Source: Ophelia neglecta
Lineage: Eukaryota
NCBI GenBank assembly: GCA_965285935.1
Contig: OZ260667.1
Coordinates: forward strand, 37,014,001-37,078,000
DNA: 64,000 bases
Direction of reading: 5' to 3'
Positions 28,556-39,622 of the stretch are shown here, piece by piece. The notes under the pieces are model-generated. The model was not told the origin of the DNA. It searched no databases and saw nothing but the letters and a program-made list of their open reading frames with translations. Positions within the stretch are counted from its first letter, which is position 1. The number at the start of each line of letters is the position of its first letter. A program made the position numbers and the translations under genes.

Positions 28556-28623
28556 CCTGGATCGTGGGGTACATCATCAGTGCCGTTTGTAGAGTTTTGT
28601 TGGCTCTGGGAATCCATTTTCAT
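28556..28623 (-). CDS. msi: Musashi coding exon 1: (MK)MDSQSQQNSTNGTDDVPHDPG
   Basis: Two in-frame ATGs: 28623 (agtATGa) and 28617 (aaaATGG, the better Kozak context). An in-frame TAA lies upstream near 28670. Donor GG|gtgagt at 28555. Length is 62 nt from the second ATG. Confidence 0.92.
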
Positions 28624-28860
28624 ACTGGCTAAGAACCTACTCCTAAAGACTACAGCTCGCGATTTCGGTTAGCACGTGGGCACCTCTTCGAGTTCGTCTA
28701 CCTACTACAGATGCTCTCAACCATCGTGGGTGGGCATATGCGCGACCGGGCTAGGCGCGAAATAGCTATTGATTGACAGGCGATTGCGACACTCTCATTG
28801 GCTGGCCCCTGGTTGCCCAGACAACTTAGATTAGTTACGACTTACGTCATACCGTGTTAT
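28624..28860 (-). promoter_or_regulatory. msi 5' leader and proximal promoter (TATA-less, CpG-rich)
   Basis: Motifs clustered just upstream of the ATG: E-box CACGTG 28673-28678, E2F-type TTTCGCGCC 28754-28762, PBX/PKNOX decamer TGATTGACAG 28770-28779, CCAAT box (agCCAATgag on -) near 28797-28801, X-box-like GTTGCCCAGACAAC 28812-28825, CRE-like ATGACGTAA 28842-28850. A YY1-like AAAATGGCGC lies in intron 1 (28461-28470). The TSS is not determined. Confidence 0.7.
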
Positions 28861-29365
28861 GAGCAAGGGTCCGCCTTCTCAGTGACATTCGGTACAACAA
28901 CATCACAACCCTCCACGGGCCTGTAAGCCTGCACAGGGAATATAAATCAGATCGCCAGTCATTTGGCTTGGATTGCGCACTATCTTCGTACTGGATTGAA
29001 TTATGAGCATGCACCGAAAGTTGTCACGGGATTCTAGCGAAAACCTGCGAACGAGACCTGGCAAGAAAGTCAAAATAAAGGCAACGAATTTGTTTACGAC
29101 TGTCAGACTAAACACCTCCCCAAACTCATAAAATATAAAATTGACATGTAATCCGTCAAAGTGGCTATGCGCAGGGATTCATTTTGTTTTAAGCGAGACA
29201 ATTGCTTCATAAAGCGGTCAACGTGGGTATTTCTATACGATGAGCCAGAATTTCCGGTTCATTGAGAAATAAGAAAAGAAGTTTGGCGTCAGAAGGCGGG
29301 CTTTGCTGTCCTCTTGTGTCTTGTCGACTGCCCTTGCCGTGTGTTGAAATTTGTTGTGGATGTAA

Positions 29366-29383
29366 TGCTGACATCTAGCGGCG
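29366..29383 (-). promoter_or_regulatory. CTCF-like motif CGCCGCTAGATGTCAGCA
   Basis: Close match to the CTCF core CCRSYAGRKGGCRS, with one mismatch in GGC. Confidence 0.45.
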
Positions 29384-32300
29384 TCAAGAGGGAGTCTGCT
29401 GTCACCAAAGATGGCCAGACTTAGATTGTACTAATTTGACGTGAACGGGGTAAAATCAATTAATAACTGTTTCCAACTGCGCCAGATGTTTAAAACACCA
29501 ACTCAGTTAATCGATAAATGTGAGATCCAATATCATCAGATTGTTGATAATTGTTAACTGCTCTTGAGTGGTAAAAACTTCATCATAAGCTTTCAAAATA
29601 TGATGTATTAGAAACAAAATGTGTTACTACGTAGATAAAAATGCCATTCATTCAAGTTTAATACATTTAAAGGTTTTTTGTGTGGTATATACTTTACTGG
29701 TGTTGAAGTGGCAGACGTGCGAAAGATACAAACTTTTATTTTCCAAACACATTCAGCCACATCACATAGACATTATAGTAATACATTGGTACAATCTTTA
29801 ATACCAAAGAAGTTTTTCACATGTAGGAATACGTTAGAGTATAACATTATGAATCCAATTTTGGTCGGTCGTATCTGTTTCTGTTTAAAAGTGGAACGGA
29901 GAGTTAAAACTTTTATTATATGTGTAATGTTCTTTATAAACGACACTCTACTAGATACCACCGACTTCCTATAGAAAGTGCACACTTTGAAGTAATAAGG
30001 CTATAAGTGTGTCTCGCAAACTTCTCCCGTTTTAGTGAGGCACATGCAGTTGTTGGTTAAAATGTTCATGCTAGAAAACGTAAAATTTATGACGCAAGGG
30101 ATAATACAGTGCCCGAGTTGGAGGATATACACATGGTTGAAAAAAGAAAAGCAAGCCAGCCTTTATACTGATGAATAACCAAAAAGGACCACCTAATTAT
30201 ACTACACCCCAGGTATTTGTTCTGAGCCGCAAATCATTTTAGATAATAACAATGAGCAATTAGAGTTGAAGTTTAATTAGGTCTAATTTAGCATGGCTGA
30301 CTATAAACCGTCACAGTGAAGTAATCCACATTTCCTCCACATTATTGCAGGAGGTTAACTCCGATCCTCACATCTTTTCTTCTACAGAAACTAAAGCTAG
30401 GCTATGCATTAATTATAACTGATAATTAAAAATGAAATACCCAACTGCAGTGTATATTAACATATAATATTGCCTAATTACACAAACATAGATACGGCTC
30501 CCCTTATTAGTCTTATTGTTAAAACCACTTGAAATTCTTTGATGTTGACAGTTGGGTTTACAGCAGTTGGCTTTCCTTTCTACATGCTTAGCTGAAAGCA
30601 GTAAATTGGTCTGTAGTCGCCGCAAAAGGGTTCCTCAACACTCTCCCCTATCAGGGGATATGAAATAATTAACTACCATCACGGCTTCATTGACTTATTA
30701 ATTATTTGCCATTTACACCTTAAAGAATGTGCCAACTGGGACTACAATTTGCGACATTATAACCTACTATTTTTATATAAAACTTAGGACTTAAAAAAAG
30801 CAATTTGCATATATATTTTTTTCATTATTAAAATATCCACAAATATTTGTTACCTCATTTAGCTGATCTTGTTAACAAAAAGTATAAGCTGGTAAAGTAA
30901 GTCCTTATACTACGGTATATGATAGGCCTATATGTTTATGGGCTTGCTTGAAGGAAGGCCAATGTCCCAGGCACTCCTGCCAAGTACTATGTGTAACCTC
31001 AGCCAGCAAGTCATTCATCATATTATACCTATAATAGAACATAGTACCGGCTGTTATTCAACGGTATTGTCATTTCTACGATTCAGTTTGTTGAATTGAG
31101 GACATTATATATTAACCCGTAGAGTAGGATACTGCAGCATGGTTTGTAACTAGATGCATGGTTTTAATAATCATGTACACGGACATCATGCGGTGCAATT
31201 ATTTTGGCAGCGTAGGCACTGTTTTTAAAGACAAAGGAACAAAGCTTATAATTTTGAACTCATCAGCTAAATTTAAGATTTAGCGCAGTTGATTCGGACC
31301 GACGAAGTTTAAACGTTAATCAAGATATTAGCTGCCCGCTTTATTCTTAGCTTTCCCATTGTAAGTGTATTCCGGTTTCACCGAAAGGCGGCTATAGGCA
31401 AGTGTACATATCATGAAGACAGGCCTGTTAAATCCTCCTGTATCCCCCGCTCTCCCAAAATTCCTCTCATTTTTAGCTATCACTGATTATATTTCGTTTT
31501 GGGCCTTTTCAAACAACTTGACTGGATTGTCGTGGACTCGAAGCCATGTACTCCCGATGCAAACCTACCATTTTGATCACCCCATACGTCAAAGAAACTC
31601 CGATCACCCGCAATGCCGCGACAAGAAATTGGCAACCTGTGAAGACAAACCAGAACTGTCATTGAGAAAAGCTTTTCAATAGTTAGACAGAAGCAACACA
31701 TTCAGGGCTCAAGATATTTATATATACCTTCAACAAACGATGCCATGTAGGCCCATATGGTATCGTCGGCTGCTTGGACGCCACTCGTCTTTGTTTTTGC
31801 GGAGTTACGATTTCCGTTGGCCTGTTGAAAAAAAAGTTATATCAAAAGAATAACACTTGATTTATGTTGGTTTACCATAAAATTTGCTCATCTATTTACT
31901 ATATACACATGTTCTATGATCATGATATTAGTAGTATGAAAACCTAACTGTCTTTAGTAATAACGACTGTTACGATAACCATAATTATGGCTATAAGGGA
32001 GAGAAATCAGTTACTATCTATTCTAATTTGGTGCTATTGAAAGAAATTAATTAAAATTGGAATGCTTATACACGTTATCAATTATAATCTTAACTGATTT
32101 TAGAATTATCCTATAGTCATTATATGTTTTATCAAATATTAAACTTTCATCTTAATTTTATTAAACAACGCCCTTAAATGGAAACAGACACTGGAGATTT
32201 ATAGCTTTTCAGTATAAAAATTATAATAAGTGTAATATTGAATCTATTTATACGTGGCTCACATGCAATATAAAAGATATGTGATCATGAATCTAACTAG

Positions 32301-35300
32301 TATTCCGAGTAGACGCGTGCTTGATATCGCGCCAAATTAAACAAAAAAAGGGGTTGCCATGTTCCCTGTCATTTAGGCCTCCTAATAAATATGGCACAAG
32401 GGGTATCTTTTGTAATTTTTTAAAAGTGCAAGGTCAATAAGTGGGAGAACATTTAACTTTAGAGGTGCCACCTTGTGGAACAGTTTGAATCATGCCCGCC
32501 AATATACATGTATTTGTTTCGGCTATAGGTCAAATGATACTTAAATACAGATTGTCCCAGTCAATAAATATTGTTATAGATTTTAAAAATCTCGTTTAAC
32601 ACTCTCAATGCCATGTTGGCCAAACGACCAAAATTTTAAGTTCCGACAACCCCCCCCCCCCCCCCCTGTTTTCTTTGATACATTCAATTTCGGTATTTTT
32701 GCCGAAAAGTTTTTTCCTATGTATGTCATACTTGACAAATTATCTTAATGTCATGAATAACATCAAGCAACGCAAACTGGTCCAGAATGTGTAAACTCGT
32801 TCACAAGTATTAAATGTACTGATAAATACTTCTAAAGATCCGTTTAAGTTGGTCTTACAACATTTAATAAATCATTACCAGAGTATTTATTATTTTGTAA
32901 GATCACATATCGAATGACTTAGGTATCCAATTCAAACAAAATGTCCATAAGAGTGTCAAAACACCCAATCTATGTGATTTAACTCTAACATGAACATGGA
33001 AACTATTCTAAAAGTTATACTTAAAAACATAAAGAATGTGAAAAGATGTTATTATTTGTGTTAAACATCATATACTAAGATGAATTAATTCTAAATATTG
33101 TATATTTCAATACAGGTGACATAGATGACAAAGTCAAATAATTGCCAACAAGGTAAGTCATTACTCAGCTAGCATGCTAAATGTTATGTGCTATAGATAA
33201 TTAGACTCTGTATTATATTCAAAAGTGTGTGTATAAAAGTGTATGATATGTATGGTAGTGTATGAATCAATTAACAGAATACATAATACTCTTTTCCTAG
33301 ATCAAAGAAATCCCTTGTGCTATTAAAAACAAGCCGTTCGTTATAATTCCGAGGGCAAAGTGCGGACTATGAAGATAATTTAATCCATTTAAGAAATAGT
33401 GCAAGCTTTATTCGTTGATGGGCTGAGGACAAACATGTAGCGCAAAAACAGACTTATATCTTAATACAAACATTGGTGCCTGATTATTCTGTTGCTGCCA
33501 ATCCTCTTGTCATTGGCGTGTTACAGCCATGCGTTTTGACAACTAAAACTTTCTTCACACTCGTTCGATGAAATCGGGACTCTAACTAATGCTAGCAGTA
33601 AATAACGAAATTATCATTTTCGTATGACAAAAAAGCATTACATTTGCTTAATCATGGTGTGTAGTAAGATAATACACAATTGAGTGGGCTACCATTAGCG
33701 TTCAATGGCGGAGAGGCTCAAGTGGGGGGCTGGGCTCTGTGAACTTCTGGAGGGTGTCCAGCTGTAATTTGCATTGGGTGGAGTCCGCGAGTACAGCAAT
33801 ACGCTGATACTTACAAAGAGGAATATCTAATCTGATGCTTTCACAAATATCTAGATAGATAAAATGACTACAATTCTTTCTGTTGACGAGGTTGTATTTA
33901 TTCCAATATTATTCTTTAGCGAATAATGGGATACAATCGATAGTAATCAGGTGTATCGATCTTCAGATAATAACTTGGAAGTTTTCTTCTTTAGCGTGCC
34001 TTGTGGACCGTGTTGATAGAAAGTACAAGTTGGTCATGAGGGCATACTCTATAATATTTACATATTAAACAAACACCTGTATTTTCTTTATAGATGGCTT
34101 AGTTTATAATAGGCCTATATTCATTGAAAGACTACGTACGATTGGATGAAATAATGGAATATTGCGTCCCCAATTATAGATCTTATCATTAGGAATGGTG
34201 CATTTATTATTTATCAAAGGCGGAGGGTCGTCTTTTAGCATAAAAGAGGGACATAAATTTGGGCCATTGGGTCCTTGAAGGGGGAGCGGGGAATGTTGGG
34301 TGCCAAATTAGTTTTGCTCTCGCGGCCCCGGATAGGAAAAGAATGCCTGAATCTGAGAGACAAATGTTTCTTCTCGAAAAATGAAAACCGACTTTTTTTT
34401 CTAAAATATTTTAACCCCCTCCCCCCATTTTGTTCATGGTCCGTCCCATACAAATATTTTGCTGAAAATAATCAGTTTGTGAATGATTATTAGTAAATTT
34501 GTTACTGTTATTTTGTATACCTTAAGTATGTGGGATGCTTTATTTTGTATGTGTGTGCCCTCTTGTAAGGCTTAAACCTATTACGTCAATCTATTGTTAC
34601 CGTTGCCCTTTCCATATAAATCAGTCTGAACACTTTACCAGATTGTAAGGAAGAGAAGAAAACTCGCTGTTTTGCCATTCGATCGAAAAGACTGGCTCCC
34701 TGTTCTCGTCATTCCTACGATGGCCAAGTGACTTTTACTTTCTCCATTACATATGTCCATCGGTCTTTTAGTTAGAAATATAAGGCACTCAAACTTCTAC
34801 GTCGATAGGGGCGAGAATAATTGTGTCAATAAAAAAGTTAGCAGATTGATGTTTTCGGTAGAAATACAATACGAGCGGACTTTTTCAAAAGTGATTCAAC
34901 CCACTAAGTCAATAGTGACAGGATATTTTCTCAATAATTAGTCTTTGGATTCTTTTCGGGGAAAATCTGATATACGGAAGGATTTTTGTCAAAACTCTAT
35001 TGTTGAAAAGTCAAGAGAAGAACAGAACGCATGCAGACCGTTGAGTGGCAATATCAGGCCTCTGTTAGTCCCTTTACAGAATGACAAACTTTTACTTTTC
35101 ATTAATTATTACATTGTTGGGAGACTGATATTTGTTTTTAAGAAATGGCCGGACTTTATAATTAAGCTGGTCATAATGACGTCATTCTATAGTAGGCCTC
35201 TACATGTTATTATATAAAAAAAATATTGTGTGAATCTATAAATACATGTAAATCCTCCAAGAGGTCTTTAACAAAAACCTACACTCTTGTCGATTTTAGT

Positions 35301-35369
35301 GTTTCATGCATCTAACCACCTACACGACGTAAATGTGCACACGTGTTTTGTTCTGCATAAAGCTAAACA

Positions 35370-36298
35370 CATGTGTGTTTGTTCTACATGGCGTTTACAC
35401 TATACACGTGAGTACGTGTGTTTGTTCTACATGGAGCTATAACTGCATGTGTGAAGGACTAGGTGTGTATGTTCTAGATGGAGCATACTTCAATTGAGTA
35501 CTTGTGTTAGTTCGACATGGAGCTAACTTCACGTGTGTACTTGTGTTTGCTCTTCATGAAGCTAACTTCACGTATGTACTTGTGTTTGTTCTACATGGAG
35601 CTAACTTCTCGTGTGTACTTGTGTTTGTTCTACATGGAGCTAACTTCACGCGTGTACTTGTGTTTGTTCTTAATGGATTTAATTTCACGTGTGTCCTTGT
35701 GTTTGTTTTTCATGGAGGTAACTTCACGTGTGTACTTGTATTTGTTCTACATGAAGCTAACTTCACGTATGTACAATACATGTGTTTTTTCGACATAGTG
35801 CTAACTTCACGTGTGTCCATTTGTTTGTTCTACAAGGAGCTAACTTCACGTGTGTCTATGTGTTTGTTCTACATGGAGCTAACTTCACGTGTGTCCATGT
35901 GTTTGTTCTACAAGGAGCTAACTTCACGTGTGTCCATGTGTTTGTTCTACATGGAGCTAACTTCACGTGTGTCCATGTGTTTGTTCTACATGGAGCTAAC
36001 TTCACGTGTATCCATGTGTTTGTTCTACATGTAGCTAACTTCACGTGTGTCCATGTGTTTGTTCTACATGGAGCTAACTTCACGTGTGTCCATGTGTTTG
36101 TTCTACATGGAGCTAACTTCACGTGTATCCATGTGTTTGTTCTACATGGAGCTAACTTCACGTGTGTCCATGTGTTTGTTCTACATGGAGCTAACTTCAC
36201 GTGTGTCCATGTGTTTGTTCTACATGGAGCTAACTTCACGTGTGTCCATGTGTTTGTTCTACATGGAGCTAACTTCACGTGTGTCCATGTGTTTGTTA
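35370..36298. repeat. 39-bp tandem minisatellite, about 20 well-formed copies plus degenerate left copies
   Basis: Unit GTGTTTGTTCTACATGGAGCTAACTTCACGTGTGTCCAT. It generates the 13-aa periodic ORFs in the track. Confidence 0.97.
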
Positions 36299-37829
36299 CT
36301 TTCATCTTCGGCTTTATCACATTTCCCTTCTATTTACTTGACTTTTAGGGTTTTTTGAGAATAATCTGTAAACTCCAAGCTGTATTGATCGAGAAAGCAG
36401 AAAGTTCCTTACACGCCTATATTAGTGTTGAGACATCTAAAGGGGAAGATGAAGTATATTCTTTTGTCAACTATATCAAAAAGCTAGAGAAAAGACACAC
36501 AGGTCTTACGACACTCAGATGTAATGTGACATGAAAGACAAAAAAATACAAATCGTCTTATGTGGCACAATACCCGTGACATGATTTCTTCTGTCCAAGC
36601 TGCTTTCCCGGTGTAATCAGCTAAAAGCCTCAATACGATAATATGGCAAATGTACGAGTGACCCTTGGTTTTAGTTCTGATCAAAACACCATAATTTTCT
36701 CAACGTCATATCGCCAAATCAGAAATTATTTTATATTACGGCCAACAAATTGGCCTGTGTATCTGTCTGAACATAATGGCCTGCTACCCAGGTCTGGGAC
36801 TCGATCTTGCACTTTAATACATCAGTCTTTACTGGCAGTTGAATTGTGTGTCTCGTACGTTTCTAACCGATCGCCTTATAAATTTTAACCCCTTTTGCCA
36901 AAAGTCGACCTGCTTTTTATCCTAAGCATAAAGAGGGCGGTTCCAAGTAAATTTAGAGAATGGAACGGAACCGGTGCCTTTTTATATGTATCCTCGAACC
37001 TACCCAATTGAATGCGGGAGCAATATGTTCCGGTCAACTGTGCAATATATAATAGAAAGCCGGTAAACTTTAGCAGAACACGCGCAAATTTGTTGGCATA
37101 TGATAGAAGTCAGAATGTTATTCCATCCGGAAAGGGCATTGGAGAGTTAATACTTAAATACAATGATGGTTGTGTCGCCCCCTTCATCCGTCTATCTTTA
37201 TCTTAATATCTCTCCTACTACAGGTAGCAGTTTGAATATGACCATTTCGTCTTCAATAAATGACTAATTGATAAGGGCAAATAAATAGAGCCCTCAATGA
37301 TTTATCTTCTATTCAGTTTCTTGAATATTTGTCTTTTTTGATAGCCATATCCATTATTTCTATACAAGTTCATGCAACCAGTTCAAGTAACTGCTTCATA
37401 TAACAACTAATTGCCTTTAATCATGAACCATCAATCCACAATTAAATTTAACGTAATCGCCTGAATCCTCGGAGTTTCTTAAACCATAATTTTATGTCAC
37501 AATGTCAACACATCAAATAAGAAGCAGGCCTTGGCCATGATGTTCCCAATGGGACTCTTTGTCATGATACGTTATTCACAAATTTCAACTTTCCAGGGGC
37601 GTCGCTTTACTATGTACGCAAAAAACACCAGCAAACATGCTGACATGGGAATGGCTTGTTCTGTATTTAAATTAATGTATGCCAGGCTGGCAGAATGGCA
37701 TATTCAATTAGCAGAACTAACTCCAAAACGCTGAATTGGGCTGGCTGGAGGCATCAAAAGAAGCAAGTGTTCTTGTACTCCAAGAGGATAGGAAAGACAA
37801 CACTGCTATAGCAGCATTAATACCAGGGC

Positions 37830-38145
37830 AAAGGCAATGAAGATAAACCACCGAACCGGACATCCCGATAAGAGTTGGTGGTAAGACAACAACGGAATAG
37901 GGACCGGCAGGAGCTAGCACCCCTAGCCACTACTTGAACGGCGCCCTGGATACCATGTCTTGGATCGACAAATACAAGACAAAAACTGGAAAAATTGCTA
38001 GATTTTCCAGCCACAGTCGACAATCATGTAGTTCCATGAAGTAGATCCGGTTTGAATGCACCAAAAGTTGGTGATAATCGCGATTCCTACATGACTGCGG
38101 AACAATCCAATCACCAGAGAACAATTTGGCTTTCTCCGAGGAATC
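37830..38145 (+). mobile_element. Decayed non-LTR retrotransposon (CR1/L2-like) reverse-transcriptase fragment
   Basis: Frameshifted pieces in the expected order and spacing: ELAPLA/YLNGALDT (from 37911), NWK/IAR (near 37984) and NNPITREQFGFLRG (38101-38142). These match the LINE RT pattern ELA.PL..LFN.SL.TG...WK.A....NN.I...QFGF..G. Confidence 0.5.
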
Positions 38146-38234
38146 CTCAGAGGGAATTCATAATGGCGAGATCAAACTTTGCTTCCGCCCCACCCAACGT
38201 ACACACAAAGAGTTGAAGGAGTCTCCTGTAAATA

Positions 38235-38419
38235 TATTGTGAAGCCTACCTACCTAAAGACCACCTCTACATAAAGAGAATCAGTCCATTCAGATCACTT
38301 ATGTCAATGCCGTAATATACTCGGTAAAGGTAAAATAGCATATCTAAACAGACCACCTCCATAATCAGACCAGTATTTTCCAATGCATTGAGTGGTATTT
38401 ATTTCCAGTTTTCACTATA
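38235..38419. mobile_element. Degenerate MITE, same family as 47839-48024
   Basis: Ends TATTGTGAAGCCT...AGTTTTCACTATA are degraded TACAGTGAAACC-type TIRs. Two internal AGACCACCT motifs; about 185 bp long. Confidence 0.5.
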
Positions 38420-38733
38420 CATGAAGTTGACATGGCAAGGAGGCGGGGACTATCGGTGTTATTGTGCAGCGAGATCGACGCCCAACATATATCTTTTTTT
38501 CTACATGCATGTATACAGGCGTAATCTGCCATAACTGTGGTAGGCAGTGAACGATCAGTGCGAATACGTCCACTCCGCACCACATGTACACAAACAAACA
38601 ATATTCCCACCCACTCCCTCCCCTCACCCCACCCCTGGAGTCACGTAAGGGGCCAAACTCTCCCAAGTCAGACGAAAGTGCAGTTGGAAGTAAATGTACC
38701 CCCAGGACACGGAAGCACGTTAATAAGATATCG

Positions 38734-39184
38734 CCCCTGGATAAAAGCGTACCCCGAAAGAACGATTCCTCCCTGGATTAAAGCATACCCTGAAAGAACG
38801 ATTCCTCCCTGGATGAAAGCGTATCCCGAAAAAACGATTCCTCCCTGGATGAAAGCGTGACCCGAAAGAAATATTCCTCCCCGGATGAAAGCGGATCCCG
38901 AAAGAACGATTCCTCACTGGATGAAAGTGCGACCCGAAAGAACGATTCCTCCCTGGATGAAAGCGTGACCCGAAAGAAGATTCCTCCCTGGAAGCAAGCG
39001 TGACCCGAAAGAACTATTCCTCCCCGGATGAAAGCGTACCCCGAAAGAACGATTCATTCCTGGATGAAAGCGTGACCCAAACTAAAGAAGGATTCCTCCC
39101 TGGAAGCAAGCGTAACCCGAAAGAACGATTCCCCCCCCCCGCCCCCTCCCCCCCCCCCCCCGGATGAAAGCGTGACCCGAAAGC
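38734..39184. repeat. 36-bp tandem minisatellite, about 12 copies
   Basis: Unit CCCGAAAGAACGATTCCTCCCTGGATGAAAGCGTGA. The last unit carries a C-run expansion at 39131-39161. Confidence 0.95.
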
Positions 39185-39560
39185 ACAATTTCTTGAAAGG
39201 GGTGTAAACTCTATACTTAGTAATCTGATAAAGGCTGGTAAAAGCTCTACTCGGTACTCGTCAACGCGCGAGTCAGTTTAGAGATGCCTGTCACACTGTT
39301 TTGTGCCGCCTGTGTCGCCGCAGAACCCATGAACAGCAGTTGTATTCTATTTGGTTTATTTTAATGAATTTCACTCCGAAAAGGAGGGACCTAACTTGTA
39401 GTGCAGCTCTCAAGCAAATCTTCGATTGGTCCAAAATTGGGGAATGTCCTAAATATATAAACAATGCAAAATTCTATAGAAATAAAATTCTATAGAAATA
39501 AGTTGGTGGTCAAACGTTCTGAAGAGAACCCAGCGTACTTTTTGAAATCCTAAGAGCAGC

Positions 39561-39622
39561 AATTTACTTATATTGGAACGTTTTATCTATTAATAAATAA
39601 AACGTTCCAATATAAGTAAATT
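39561..39622. repeat. 62-bp near-perfect palindrome
   Basis: AATTTACTTATATTGGAACGTTTTAT (39561-39586) is the exact reverse complement of 39597-39622. The centre is c-TATTAATA-a. Confidence 0.95.

Larger units (their letters stand above)
1..28623 (-). other. msi: Musashi-family gene span (5' part: exons 1-6; exon 7 onward lies left of the window)
   Basis: Six exons with canonical GT-AG sites and compatible phases give 414 nt/138 aa from ATG 28617. Musashi signatures are PHDPGKMFVGGLSWQT, RSRGFGFVT (RNP1), IDPKVAFPRR and [12 protein letters not shown]. Introns are 128, 173, 564, 877, 10381 and >16080 nt. No exon encoding the expected (I/V)EDAMLMFD..HRG was found in 1-16080. Confidence 0.95.

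Noticed and set aside
34245-34450. G-run/C-run flanked MITE ending ATGGTCCGTCCC (similar starts near 54115)
   Set aside because: Only one plausible terminus per copy; the TIR pair and target duplication could not be established.
35504-36358. Long ORFs (176, 188, 154 aa) with 13-aa periodicity
   Set aside because: By-product of a 39-bp unit divisible by 3 that is open in several frames on both strands; no splice or domain context.
38734-39184. Hammerhead-like words (CTGGATGA ... CGAAA) in the 36-bp unit
   Set aside because: The core is CTGGATGA, not CTGANGA; no stem I or II pairing and no correctly placed UH cleavage site.
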